From assembly GCA_963821525.1 (NCBI GenBank), contig CAWGED010000005.1:96001-160000 (forward strand): a stretch of 64,000 nt of DNA, read 5' to 3'. Every line of letters starts with the position of its first letter. Positions within the stretch are counted from its first letter, which is position 1. Made by a program: the position numbers and the translations under genes. A model generated the notes under the pieces. The model was not told where the DNA came from. It was given only the letters and a program-made list of their open reading frames with translations, and made no database searches. Positions 39,401-51,515 of this stretch are shown here, piece after piece. Source of the DNA: an uncultured Gemmatimonadales bacterium (GTDB taxonomy: Bacteria; Gemmatimonadota; Gemmatimonadetes; Gemmatimonadales; GWC2-71-9).

Positions 39401-40507
39401 GCATGCCGATTCGGAATGCCCTTGGAGTCTCGCTTTGCGCTGTTGCTCTCGCCTGCGGTCAGGCCACGAAGGGCACCCAGCCGGTCGCCTCCAGCATCGG
39501 CTCGTACGCCGACTCGCTGTTCCGAGCCTATGCCGACAGCAACGGTCCCGGGGCCAGTGTGATCGTGCTGCAGCGGGGCCAGGTCGTCTTCCGCAAGAGC
39601 TATGGCGAGGCGAGTCTCGAGGAAGCGAGGGCTGCGACTCCGACGACCAACTACCGGCTCGCCTCCGTCACCAAGGAATTCACCGCCATGGCGACGTTGC
39701 TGGTCGCGCAGGATGGCGGCCTCAGTCTGGACGACTCGATATCAAAGTTCTTCCCGGAGCTACCGCCCAAGCTGCACGCGATAACTGTTCGCAACCTGCT
39801 CACTCACACCTCTGGCCTGCTGGACTACGAGGACTTCGTTCCCGACACCCAGACGGTTCAGGTTCACGACTCGGATGTCCTGAGACTGCTCAGCATTCAC
39901 GATTCAGTCCTTTTCCAGCCTGGCGAGCGCTGGCAGTACTCCAACTCGGGGTACTCGATGCTCGCCTTGATCGTGCAAAAGCAGTCGGGGAAGCGATTCG
40001 CCGACTTTCTCGCCGAGCGAATCTTCCGGCCGCTGGGCATGACGCACACGGTGGCGTTCGAGGAGGGGATCTCTACGGTTTCCGAGCGGGCTTACGGCTA
40101 CTCACGACGCGAGGGTAGCGGTGGCTGGACCCGGACCGACCAGAGTAACACCAGCGCGGTGCTGGGAGATGGCGGGATCTACACGTCAATTGATGACATG
40201 ACCCATTGGGCCGCGGCCCTCGATGCCGGGAAACTGGTGCGGGCGGACCTTCTTCAGCAGGCCTTCACGCCCTACCGGCTCAACGACGGATACCTCGGCG
40301 AAGTATGGGTTCGGCTGGTACCTGGTCCCATTCGCCGATCTCCCTTCCACTTGGCATACCGGGGAAACCAGAGGGTTCCGGAACGCCATCCGGCGTCTGC
40401 CGACCGAAGGCATCACGATCATCGCGCTGACCAACCGCAATGAAGGTGAGCCGATCAAATTGGTGGATTCGCTGGCTCAGCGGATGCTGGGCAGCGCCCG
40501 ACCCTGA
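39397..40507 (+). CDS. Serine hydrolase, beta-lactamase/AmpC-like lipoprotein (frameshift near 40292)
   Basis: Lipobox ALAC; SVTK (SxxK), LLTHTSGL, YSN, WHTG. Confidence 0.9.
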
Positions 40508-40571
40508 CTTCCCTTCTCTTATCTCGGCGCTGTTCGCAGTCTTTTATTGAGGCACCGCTTCGTCACCATAG

Positions 40572-40700
40572 AGCTAACTGGATGAGTATCGGACGGTTGT
40601 GCTCCGGGGGCTTACCAATTCCTTGCGGGTGTTTACCGTATTTTGGGGTGTGGTCGGAGGGATGGGGTCGAGGTGCATGCAACTCAAGAAATAGTTAGGC
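40572..40700 (+). other. Degenerate attC-like site
   Basis: AGCTAAC ... GTTAGGC about 128 nt apart, with partial inner complementarity (GAGT / ACTC). Confidence 0.25.
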
Positions 40701-40811
40701 GGCCGACTACCATCACGCCTCTGGCAGGCCGAACATGCCCGGGAATCGCCTTCCACATCGTGAGCTCACTGTTCCCGAGTTCGACTTGGCTTCTCGGACC
40801 CACTACCGTCG

Positions 40812-40832
40812 TCTCACCTCTCACGCCTCACC
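40812..40832. repeat. Heptamer array (TCTCACC x3)
   Basis: Immediately downstream of the TonB-dependent receptor stop. Confidence 0.7.
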
Positions 40833-40835
40833 CCA

Positions 40836-43526
40836 CTAGAACCCCACAACTATCCCGAGACGCACGCTCATTGGTGGCTGGAACTGCAGCGGCTGGCCGT
40901 AGCGAGGATTCGGATCAGCAGGCTGGCCCAGCGAGTCAACAGAGGCAAACCGTAATTGATCGAGAGCCAGTGCCCTGCGAGGACTACCGATGTGCTCCAG
41001 ATCGAGGATAATTCTTGAGGCCGCCCCACGAAGGACGACCCCGGGAAGCTGATAGTCAAGCCTCAGATTCAGGTCCCAGAGCGAAGGGGTGTGTCCCACG
41101 CTCCCGCGAGGGCTGAGGAAGAGAAGATTTCCTCCGTCGAAGCCGAGGCTGCTGAGCGGCGTGCCGCTTTGCCAAAAGGTATAGCTGCCGAAGGTCAATC
41201 CGAACCCGGTCCGATACGATCCATTGAATTTCACGACATGGGTCCGGTCGTTCGGCAGCGGTCCTTTGCTGATCACCCTGCTGCGATGAGTGTCGAACTG
41301 GGTGCTGGCGTTTGCGAGTTGCCCGTCACCGGCGAAGAGACCTAGATAGTTACCGCTGTTTCGCGACAGCACATAGGACATCCTCAGGTGCAGACGACCC
41401 GGGCCCAGACGCTCGACACCAAACTCCAAGGCCTGGTATGTGTGATCCGGCGCGGGAAAGGACTTCATCGCGCCGCTGCCGGGATTGCCCACGACCTCAC
41501 CAACATCGGATTGGGTGTCTTCGATGACGGAACGCAGGATGCGGTAGGTTCCGCTGACAATCCCCTTCCACGCGCTGGTCAGCAGGACTTCGTAGCCCAG
41601 CGTTACCTCATCCTGGTACTCGCCGCGGAGACCCGGCACCGGATGAACGCCTCCGAAGGTTCCGGTCAGGCCGTCGACCAGGACCCCGCCGGTTGTATCC
41701 ACCCGCGGATCCTGCTGATACATGGTGGTCCTGTAAGATCCGTTGCCGTAGAAGAGCGTAAGCGCTCCCAATGGCACCTGCTCGTAGAACCGGCCGGCTG
41801 AACCGAAGAGCTTCTGCGACCCGCGGCGCCCCGGTGAGAGCACGAACCCTATGCGGGGAGACCATTCATTGCCGATCGTTTGCGCGGGCGCCCCACCGGC
41901 CTCCACCTAGTTCTGCTGCTCCCAACGGAGACCAGCATTGAACCGGAGCAGCGGGGAGATCTCCCATGAGTCCTGGGCGTACAGACTGGACACCCGGTTG
42001 CCGACGTGGGCGTTGTTCTGGAGCCGGTCCCAGAGGTAGAAGGAATCGTTGATCCGCAGGATATAACCCCCATCCAATCCATGGCCTTCGTCCAGGCGTT
42101 CGGAGAGCGTGGTGTTTTCGAACTGAGCTCCGCCCTTGAAGGTGTGGGCACCGGCGGCGAGAGTGCTGCTCACAAGCAGGGTGGTACGGCCGTAGGACTG
42201 CCGGTCGCTCCCCCCGAAGCCACCGGAGCCGGTACCCGTGCTGACATCCAGAAAGTTCGGGGCTGTAGCCCCCAGTGCGGTCAGGGGAACAATGTCGTTG
42301 CGAAAGCTGGATCGGGACACGGCGGCTTCGAGGAGCCAGCGAGAGTGGACAACGTGGGTGACGCGGAGGGAGAGGCTCCCGCCGCCCTCATGAAGTGTCG
42401 CGAGCACCACATCCGGATTCAGGACCTGGCTTGGGGGAAAGAAGCCATTCCCAGGGTTCACTTCATCGTGCTCGGAGGGGTCGCCGGTCACGGTCAGCGT
42501 GATCCAGGTGGCGGCCTTAGGCTGCCAGCTGAGCTTCCCCGCGAATCGGTGCTGGACTTGACGGTTCGTCCTTGGCTCCATGCCAGAATAGCCGGCGGTG
42601 CGAGTATCAATGAGGGGATTGTAGGCCGCGTAGAACCAGAGGCGGTCTCTCCGAATGGGGCCGCTCAGGCTCAGTCCCACATCGAACTGGGTGGAGTTGT
42701 TCAGGTTCGGCTCCGCCGGGCCGTACTCTGCGCTGGTTCTCAGCTGGTGGCCACTGAAGAAGGAGAAGGCTTCTCCCTCAAAAGAGTTTCCGCCCGATGG
42801 CGTGATCATGTTGACAATGCCGCCGAGAGCCCGGCCGTATTCGGCCTCATAGCCCCCGGTTTTCAACTCCACGGCCTGCAGAAAATTGTAGGGAAGGTTG
42901 GTCCCGCTGGCGTTGTTGACCGGATCGGTGACATCCGTGCCATCCACGAAATAGGCGTTGTCCCACACGCTTCCACCGGCAACGTTGACGCCGCCCGAAT
43001 GAGGGAGCAGCGACGGGATCTGGGAGATCGCCTGGGGTGCCAGCCCGACCACCGAGAGAAAGCTGCGATCGCTGGGAAGCGCATCGAACTCCTCGGCCTG
43101 CATGATCGTGCCGCTCGTGGTCGTCGTGGGATCGATCGCCGCATTCTGGGCAGTGACCACGATCTCCGACAGCTCGATGGTCATTGGCTCCAGTACGACG
43201 ACACCAAGGTCGGTGGTCTGGCCCGGATTCAGCAGGACTCCTTCATACCGGATGGGGCGGTAGCCCACCGCCCTGATACGAACCGCGTAGGTCCCGACAG
43301 GAAGCGACAGCAGGCGGAATTGACCTCGCTCGTTGGCCTCTACCTTCAATGGCTGCTGTAGCGCTGTGCCGCTCGCCTCTACCTCGACCGCCGGTACCGC
43401 CAACGAGTCATGGGTGACCACCCGACCACTCAACTCCCCCGCCACATCCTGTCCAGCGACCGATTGCACTTGCAGCCCAGCCAACGTCAATCCCATCAGC
43501 ATCCCGACGGCGATTGGACCCCTCAT
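40836..43526 (-). CDS. TonB-dependent receptor with N-terminal carboxypeptidase-regulatory-like domain; in-frame TAG at 41909-41907
   Basis: Signal peptide, G.F.L..LPVGTY, N.YFVDG, GGYEAEYGRALGGIVN, NAGLRWE, WSPRIG, C-terminal Phe; the two ORFs abut in the same frame. Confidence 0.9.
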
Positions 43527-46526
43527 CGCGTCGCTGCGTTCGGGGATGTGGAGCTGCGGAGCGGAGCAACAGCCGCCGGTTGCGAGAGCGCGGCCATCGC
43601 ACGCCGCGCCTGCTCCACCATCGGTTGCAGCGCCGAAACTGGGGAGTCGTAGCGGCGGAGGAACTGGGCATAGTCCTCGCGAGCCAAGGCTTTCAGACCC
43701 TGAGCCTCCGCGATGCGAGCGAGTTTCAGATAGGCAAAGGGTGCGAATACCTGCGGCGTGAGATTATCCCCGTTCAGCTCGGCCTCGTGCCAGACCAGGG
43801 CCTTCATCGCCCTCGCAGTGTCGCCAGCCGCCAGGAAAGCGTCCGCCTCGGTCAGGCGATTGACGCTCAGGATCGGGGTTCGGATCGCTGCGCCCGATCC
43901 ATCCCACTGTTGACCGCCGTCCGCAGCCTGGAGCGAGTCGCCAGCACGCGCCGTGGCACCGTCGAGTTGAAAGGAGAATGCCCTGAGCGAACGCTCGACG
44001 TAGGGCGCCGCGGCGGCGTGACTCCTGTGCGCCACCGCACGAGCCGCGGCAAGTCCGCGTCGGTCATGGGCGACAACGGCGAGCAGTCCATCGAGCCAGG
44101 CGAGAGTAGTGCGTTCCTCGTCGGCGTGCGCATCGGCCGGTAGGCTGGCGATCGCTCGGGTAGCCGCACGACCGGCCGCAATCGCCACAGTGGGATCCAC
44201 ACCCTTGAGCCAGGCGCCGAATACCGTCCATCGGTACCGATCTAGAATCGTCGACTCGTCCGGCGCATCGGCCACGACCGAATCGGCTGCAACCAATGCG
44301 GAGTCCCAGGCTCCCCGCATCGCCCAGCTCGCGGCGAGGCTCCGCTTATACCGGGGCGCGAATTTTTGCGGTACCCCCGACCCGAGGATCAAATGGTCCA
44401 GCTCGACCTGCGCCCCCGGGAAACCCGAAGCGGTCGAGTCCGTTGGCTCCCCATCGATGTCCGAAGGTGCTGTCGTCAGCCACAAGTGCCCACGATACGC
44501 TGTCGATTAACGGATGTGGTGCTTGTCCCGCGGTGCTCTGCAGCTGGCTGGCCAATCGGTACCAGAGCGAGACATCGAAGCCAACGGCGAGGGAAGTACT
44601 TCGCATCCAGCCGAGCGAATCGAGTGCGCGGATGGAACGATTGGTTGCCGCCGTATCCTTCCCCAGGCTCATCAGAAGCAGGTGGCCCCACCCATCCACC
44701 ATGTTCGGCTTCAGGGCAACGGTGTGCTCCAAGGCCGCGCGCGCATCAGCCGCCGTGTACCCGAGGACCGGGCCAGCATGTACGAGGTAATCGGCGTAGA
44801 ACATCCATCCGAACCAGTCGTCGGGAAACCGAACCGTCACCTGCTTGGCAAGACGAATGGCGACGTTGAGACTCTCGGCAACGCATGTGCACGCCTCGAT
44901 CAGCAGCCGCTCACGGTCAGGCAACTCCGAGCGATGCATCCGCGCCGCATTGACGAGGTTGCTGTCGACATCCACTCCCGGCCAGGCGCTGGCGTACCAG
45001 AGACGCCAGTAGGCGAGCCAGAAGGTGGAGTCGGCCCCGATCGCGCTGTTGTACGCGATCGCCGCATCGCCCCAGCGATCAGCGACGATGTCTGCCTCGC
45101 CGGTGAGAAAGGCCTTCAGGGCCGGGACCGATCGGGTCTTTACGGCGGCGTCGAGACTCGGCGAAGGAATCTGACCTCGCAGCCAGATCTGCTTCAGAAG
45201 GGACCGAGTGACGGTATCGGTGAAGGCCCGGATGGAATCCGCCGGCGCCGTCGTGGAAGCCTGCGCGAGCAGCTTTCCATCGTCGCTCGAGATCCAGTCG
45301 ACATCCCACCGCACATCTGCTCCCACTCGGACGAGGGTTCCGCGCACCACACCTCCGGCGCCGAGCCGGCGGGCTAACGCCAGATCCTGCGATTTGGAAT
45401 GCGTCGCCGTAGCCCCGACCTCGCCAAGCACTGTCTGCGGATCGACTGCGCGAATTTCTCCGGCACCGGTGAGGTTGGCGGACAACGTGAGCACCAGATC
45501 GCGCCCCAACTTCGAGAGCGCGGAATCGGAACCGCTGGGCTTGGCGGGGAGTACGGCGATAGTCGAAGGCGTCGGAGCCTGGCCCTTCTCTCGGCGCTCG
45601 GCGAGCCACTCACCCGCGATCACTCCCACCGCGACAATGAGCACGCCGATCGCGACCGCGGGGGCGTGGCGCCGCAACGTTGGGAAGGCAGCCGGCGGGG
45701 CGTTGAGCGCCCGCACAAACTCGGCTCCCGATGCGAACCGATCGGCGGGCACTTTGGCCAGTAGTCGCTCGACCGCCTCGGCGATTCCCTCGGGAATCCG
45801 GTCGCGGACCACCCGCAATGGCGTGGGACGCTCGGTGATCAGTTTGGCTATGATCGCCTGCGCGCTCCCACCGAGCACCGGGGGTTCTCCTGCCAGCATC
45901 TCGTAGGCGACTGCGCCGAGCGAGTAGAGATCGCTGCGGGCGTCGATCAGCCGGTCGCCGGTGGCCTGCTCGGGGCTCATGTATTGCGGCGTCCCGACCA
46001 CGAGTCCGGTCTCCGTGAGCCGCTGACCCCCGGCCTCGCTCACCGCGAGCGCGATACCGAAGTCGGTGAGCATGGGAACGCCGTCGTGCAGCAAGATATT
46101 TTCCGGCTTGATGTCGCGGTGAATCACACCCTGGGCATGCGCGTGGTCGAGCGCCGAGGCGATCTGACTCACGATGCGCGTCACATCCTCGATCGGAAGG
46201 CGACCCTCCTTGTCCATCCGCTCCCGGAGCGAGCCACCGCGTACGTAGGGGAGGGTGTAATACAGCAGGTCTCCGGCGCCGCCGGAGTCGAGCAGCGTCA
46301 TCACATTCGGGTGATCCAGCTTGGCCGTTAGCCGGATCTCGGCCAGGAAACGTTCCCTGCCTAGGACGGCGGCGAGCTCGGGCCGCAGGACCTTGAGTGC
46401 CACTTGGCGCTCGTGCTTCAGGTCTGTGGCCAGGTAGACGGTAGCGATCCCCCCGCGTCCGAGTTCCCGCTCGATCAGGTACCGATCACGAAGAGCCTCG
46501 GTCAGCGTCGGGGAGACAGGTCTCAT
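43523..46526 (-). CDS. Membrane Hanks-type Ser/Thr kinase with TolB-N-like and TPR extracytoplasmic region (frameshift near 44415)
   Basis: GRGGIATVY, VALK, HRDIKPEN, DFG, GTPQYMSPE; TM; IAVLP; TPR-like helices. Confidence 0.92.
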
Positions 46527-46614
46527 GTTATCTGGAGGTGGGACTTCGATCGTGAAGGGTAGCCCACTGGCGGTGCCGGGGGCTGGGCATACGTTTTAAT
46601 CGGATACCCACTGC

Positions 46615-46643
46615 CCGTCATGGCTCCGTGAGGCAGCCGTGAG
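46615..46643. promoter_or_regulatory. Three heptamer direct repeats at 11-bp period: candidate SARP binding site
   Basis: CCGTCAT-N4-CCGTGAG-N4-CCGTGAG between the divergent kinase and SARP genes. Confidence 0.7.
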
Positions 46644-46679
46644 TTTGGGGGATTTGGGGCCCGGTCTGGGAGTAACTCA

Positions 46680-49582
46680 GTGATCCGTCTGCTTACCTTG
46701 GGGGTCGTTGGTCTTGAGGATCAGGAGCGCCCTGAGTTGCCGCAGCTGCTGCGTCAGCCCAAGGCATTCGCCTTCCTCTGTTACCTCGCCCTGGCCGGTC
46801 CCCCTCGGTTTCGCCGTCGTGATACCGCGATCGCGCTCTTCTGGCCTGAGCTCGACCATGAACACGGCCGGGCGGCACTCCGCCAGACCCTTAGTGTCCT
46901 GCGCCGCTTCCTCGGCGCCGATGCGGTCGTCAACCGTGGCGACGAGGAGATCGGTCTGGACCAGGACAGGATATGGTGCGACGCCGCGGCCTTTCAGGAG
47001 CTGACTGAGGCGGGCGAGGCCGAACGGGCCATGGCGCTGTATCGGGGTGACCTGATCGAGGCACTACATGTCGCCGGAGCAGCGCCAGAGTTCTCGCAGT
47101 GGCTGGACGCTGAGCGGCTCCGACTTCGGCGGCTGGCGCAGGATACGGCATTGCGTTGCGTCGAGGAACACAATAGCGCGGGCGATGCGGCCGGCGCGAT
47201 CCAATGGGCTCGTCGCGCCGTCCAGCTCGAGTCATTCGACGAGCGCGGTTCCGCCGACTCCTCCAACTCCTGGATCAGGCCGGCGAACGGGCCAGTGCCG
47301 TGCAGGAGTATGAGCAGTTCGCGGTGCGACTCGCGCAGGAGCTCGAGGTACGGCCGGCGGTTGAAACCCAGGCCCTGGTCGCGTCGATTCGAGCCCGGCT
47401 TCCGGTGGCCGCCACCGCGGCACCCGCGAATCAGCCCGAGACAGTGGCTTCGCCTGAGCCGAGACGCTCGTCATCGCAGCCAGCTTTGTCCCCGCCTCGT
47501 CCGTTCGATACCCGCCGGTCATTACTCCTCGTCAGCCTCTTCGGGCTCGCCCTCGCCTTGGTACTGGCAGCGAGCCTGCGACGCGGGCGACCCGCCATGC
47601 TCCATCCCAATCTGGTTGCGATCATGCCGTGGAGGGTCAGCGGCGCCGATCCTTCGTTGGCGTACCTTCGCGAGGGGTATGCTCGACCTGTTGGACGGCA
47701 CTCTTACCGGCGATCGCGGACTGCACGCCGCGGACCCGCGAACGACGCTTCGGGCGGTGAATGCAGTGGCATCCTCCTCGAATCAGGATGTACCGCTATC
47801 CACGGCCATGGCGATTGCCCAACAGATTGGCGCAGGCCGAATCATTCAAGGTGCGGTAGTGGGAACTCCCGCTCACCTGACGATCGAAGCCAGCGAGTTC
47901 ACGGCGCCAGACACCCGCCCGACTCTCACGGTTGCTATCACCGGTTCCATCGACAGTCTTCCTCGAATGGTGGAGCGCCTCACGGCGCAACTCCTGGCAC
48001 ATGAGACCAGCGATCCCGAGCAGGTGCAGAGTCTGGCCACGACCTCGCTCCCGGCGCTCAGAGTCTATCTGGAGGGGCGGGCAGCGTTTCGCCGAGGCCG
48101 TTATGGAGAAGCCACCCACGACTTCGGTCAGGCCTTGACCCTCGACTCGACCTTTACCCTAGCGGCGTTGGGTCTCTCCACTGGCTCGTACACGATGGCA
48201 GATATCGCGTTGATTCGAGAGGGGCGGCGGCTCGCCTGGCGCGACTCCAGACGCCTAAGTCCCCGCGACCGTGCGCTGCTCATAGATGTCGTCGGCCCGA
48301 ACTATCCCGGTCCTTCGGACGAGCGAGGGTACCTGGCGGCGAGGCAACGAGCTGTCGTGCTGGCGCCCGAAAGCCCGGAGGCTGCGTATTGGCTGGGCGA
48401 CAGCTTCTTCCACCATGGCCGGCTGCTCGTACTCCCCGATTGGCAGGGTCGGGCAATCGCCGGGTTCGAACGAGCCATCGAGCTGGATTCGGCCTACCTC
48501 GAGCCCTACCAGCATCTGATCGAGATCAAGCTCCAGCAGGGAGACACCATCGGCATTCGGGCTCTCGCCGCCACGTATTTCGCGATGGACTCGGCGGGTG
48601 AGTATCGGGATTTCGTACGCTGGCGAGTTGCCGTCGGGCTTGCCGACTCAGCGGGACTCACGGCGCTGCGTGCCCAGTTCCGGGGGATGTCGACCGAGAG
48701 CCTGTTCCGGATCGCGGCACAAGCCCAAGTCGAGGGGATTGAGCTTAGCGATGCCGAACTGGCGGCGCGCAGTCTTGCGGCCCAGGCGGGCGACGACGGT
48801 CGCTGGACTACGGCGGCTTATGTCAGTGGAGGGCCTGGCGTCAAACGAAGGACGGCCCGCCGCTGCGCTCGCCGCGACGGCATTCATGACCGCGGATCAG
48901 CGCCGGCCGCTCGCGGACCGCTGGTTTCGAGTCGCCGACGCCATCTACACCGACGGCGACAGCATCGCCGCGGAACACGCGATCGGTGAGCTGACACCGC
49001 TCGCGGACGGCCCCACGGAGATTCGACCGGGAGCGTCCGACAGCCAGAACGTGGCGACCTGCGCGGTGGCATTGTGGCGCATGCATCGAGCCGACACCCT
49101 GCACGTCCGCAGCGCCATCCATCGGCTTCGCGGAGTGCCCCCAGCGGAACACAGTGGACTCGGTGTGTGGATGAATGCGTGCGCCACGATTCTCGAGGCA
49201 CAGTTGGCGGCGATGGCCCCGGACGTCCGATACGCTGAGCGCTCTCGTTCGACTGGATTCGCTAGCCGATGCGGGTGCGGACCTGACCTCCCCTCTTCGA
49301 GTGGCCACCACGCTGGTGCTAGCCCACCTAGAGGAACAGCGGGGAAATCTGCCAGCGGCGGTCGCCGCGGTGCGACGACGAGAGAATGAATACAGTCCCC
49401 GGTATCTCTCGTCGCAGCTGGTGGAGGAGGGGCGTCTTGCGACATTGGTCGGAGAGCGGTCAGCGGCTATCCGAGCGTATCAGCACTATCTCGTGCTACG
49501 GGCCAAGCCCGAGGCGTCATTGCAGCCCGAGGTCGACTCCATCCGCGCGGTGCTCGCAAGCCTGCAGCGCGCGAATCATTGA
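46680..49582 (+). CDS. Membrane-anchored SARP/BTAD transcriptional activator with TolB-N-like and TPR region (about 4 frameshifts)
   Basis: IRLLTLG, QPK..AFL.YLA, RD....LFWPE, ALRQTL, D...F, LYRGDL, WLD.ER (wHTH plus BTAD); TM; VAIMP; TPRs. Confidence 0.87.
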
Positions 49583-49616
49583 GAGGGAACCCGGCCGAAG
49601 CTTGCGGACGAAAGAC

Positions 49617-49670
49617 TCTCACTTCTCACCTCTCACGTCCCCGCTCACCGTTTACCGCTTACCGCTCACC
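49617..49670. repeat. Two adjacent heptamer arrays (TCTCACY x3; CCGCTYA x4)
   Basis: Direct reading, downstream of the SARP stop. Confidence 0.8.
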
Positions 49671-49710
49671 TTCAGCGGAGCGGTACTAATCTCCATCGGT
49701 TGCCCGAGGG

Positions 49711-49830
49711 TCAATCGTCATCCTTGATGGTGACAGCCACCTGCGCCATTGCGATGCCGGGCGAGGTGATCGCGATGGTCGCCGCATTGTTGTGTTTGTC
49801 CGAGTCCTGCGGCGCCCGGAACTTCGCCCT
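49711..49830 (-). pseudogene. Probable remnant of a surface-protein beta-sandwich (Calx-beta-like) C-terminus
   Basis: APQDSDKHNNAATIAITSPG...VAVTIKDDD* with no credible 5' portion. Confidence 0.35.
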
Positions 49831-49932
49831 AGCCCTGGTTGGCCTCCTCCGCCTTATATGGAACACGGAGTTGTGAACACCTTTACTTGTCGCCCGCAGG
49901 CGAAGCACGGGCGTTAGTGGCGCCCTCACGAT

Positions 49933-50377
49933 ATGACTCACACTCGCATTGTCCTGATTCTTCTGGCCACCGTGCTCTCGGCCGAGCAAGCTTCTGCCCA
50001 ACGTTTTACCGTGGCTGGCATCGACGACGATGGCGTGGCCCTCCACTTCCTCACGCAGCTCCAGACTGCCCTAGGACAGGAAGACTCAGTGACTATTGCC
50101 GGTCTCGTCAACTACCCGCTCAATGTGTTCGAGAATCATCACGATGATATGGTGAGGAGTCGCGGGGAGCTTTTGGCCCAATACAGATCCGTATTCCTGG
50201 CTCCAGTTCGCCATGCCATCGCTGGTCCAGGATCCCGACAGCCTCTTTGCAAACTGGCGGGGGGTCATGATCGGGAATGGGCAAGTCTGGTATCGGCCGG
50301 TTTGCGACCAGGAGGGCCAAACACATTGCCCGCTACTCATCTACACAGTCAACCGCGACGCGCCACCCGTCCAGTGA
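49933..50377 (+). CDS. Hypothetical exported protein (frameshift near 50222)
   Basis: Signal peptide ending ASA; LVNYPL; shifted frame gives QDPDSLFANWRGVMIGNGQVWY. Confidence 0.7.
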
Positions 50378-50381
50378 TACG

Positions 50382-50433
50382 TGAACGGCCGGGCACATGG
50401 GTAACAGATCAGTCCGGGGACATCGGTAACACT
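50382..50433. mobile_element. Solo IS481-like terminal repeat
   Basis: Two sub-repeats CCGGG(C/G)ACAT(G/C)GGTAACA at 50389-50406 and 50414-50431; no transposase nearby. Confidence 0.6.
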
Positions 50434-50479
50434 CGTCGCCCGCAGGTGAACCGCGGGCCGTCAGACAGGTGACGGGCCG

Positions 50480-51514
50480 CTAGGTCCAGCGAAACAGCTT
50501 CAGCGCCAGCCCGAAGGAAAGGACCAGCCAGACCAGGAGCACGGCGACTTCGGGGAACACTTCCCTCAGCCCGGCGCCTTCGAGCATGACGGCGCGAAGG
50601 GCGTCGTTGGCCGCGGTGAGCGGCAGCGCCTTGATGACTGGCTGCATGACCGCCGGGAAGTGGCTCGAAGAGAAGAACACTCCGGAGAACACCCACATCG
50701 GCAGCATCGCGAGGTTCATCAGTCCCGACGCGGCTTCCACCGTCCGGGGGCGGGCGGCGATGCAGAGGCCCAGGGCCACAAAGCTGAGGCCCGCCACACC
50801 ACAGGTGACCGCGAGAGTGACGAAGGAGCCCCGGACCGGGACATCGAACACCAGCATCCCGAAGATCAGCAGCATCCCCACCGCGAGCACCAGAAGCACC
50901 AGCTGAGACAGGAGGAACGAAGCGAGGTACTCGCTCCGGGACATGGGCGTTGCCGCAAGGCGCTTGAGCAGTTTTCGCTTTCGCGCATCCACGATGGTGA
51001 AGCCCGTCCCCCAGATTCCGCTGCCCATCAGGTTGAATCCAATCAGACCGGGAATCAGAAAATCGATGTAGCGCGATCCGCGCTCCCGCACGATCTGATC
51101 CGCGGTGGTTACCTGGTCGGTCCGCCCCGCCGACTGCTGCACCACGTCGTTGACGCGTTGCCGAGCCATGCGCGCGTCGGGTCGGGTATCGTCGTAGCGG
51201 TAGCGCAGTCCGGTCGAGTCCGGCACGAGCAGGAGGGCGATTTGCCCATTGCGCAGTGCCCGGGCCCCCGCCGTCGAGTCGGGAAAAGCCTCGAGACGAA
51301 TCCCCGAGTCCGCCTTGAGCGCCTCGATCGCCCCGCTCGTCACACCGGGCAGGTGGCCGACCACGATCCGATCCGCCGGGCGATCGCGGAATGCCAGCCC
51401 TAACCCCGCCGCGAGCAGTAGAGGGAAGCCATAGACCCAGAACAAGGCCTCCGGCTCGCGGAAGAATTCCCGAAACCGTACCGAGATCAGCTGCCGCAGG
51501 GAGTCGCTGATCAT
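50480..51514 (-). CDS. ABC-2 type exporter permease
   Basis: REP..LFW.YGFP, RYIDFLIPG, LKRL.ATP, SGVFF, LPLT. Confidence 0.92.
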   Translation of the reverse strand: MISDSLRQLISVRFREFFREPEALFWVYGFPLLLAAGLGLAFRDRPADRIVVGHLPGVTSGAIEALKADSGIRLEAFPDSTAGARALRNGQIALLLVPDSTGLRYRYDDTRPDARMARQRVNDVVQQSAGRTDQVTTADQIVRERGSRYIDFLIPGLIGFNLMGSGIWGTGFTIVDARKRKLLKRLAATPMSRSEYLASFLLSQLVLLVLAVGMLLIFGMLVFDVPVRGSFVTLAVTCGVAGLSFVALGLCIAARPRTVEAASGLMNLAMLPMWVFSGVFFSSSHFPAVMQPVIKALPLTAANDALRAVMLEGAGLREVFPEVAVLLVWLVLSFGLALKLFRWT

Positions 51515-51515
51515 G

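Noticed and set aside
39397..40507. Bona fide beta-lactam resistance gene
   Set aside because: Generic SxxK serine hydrolase; motifs alone do not establish beta-lactamase activity
41904..41912. Pyrrolysine or stop-codon recoding at the in-frame TAG
   Set aside because: TAG terminates several normal genes here (rho, rlmI, Rieske); no pyl genes; a point change is simpler
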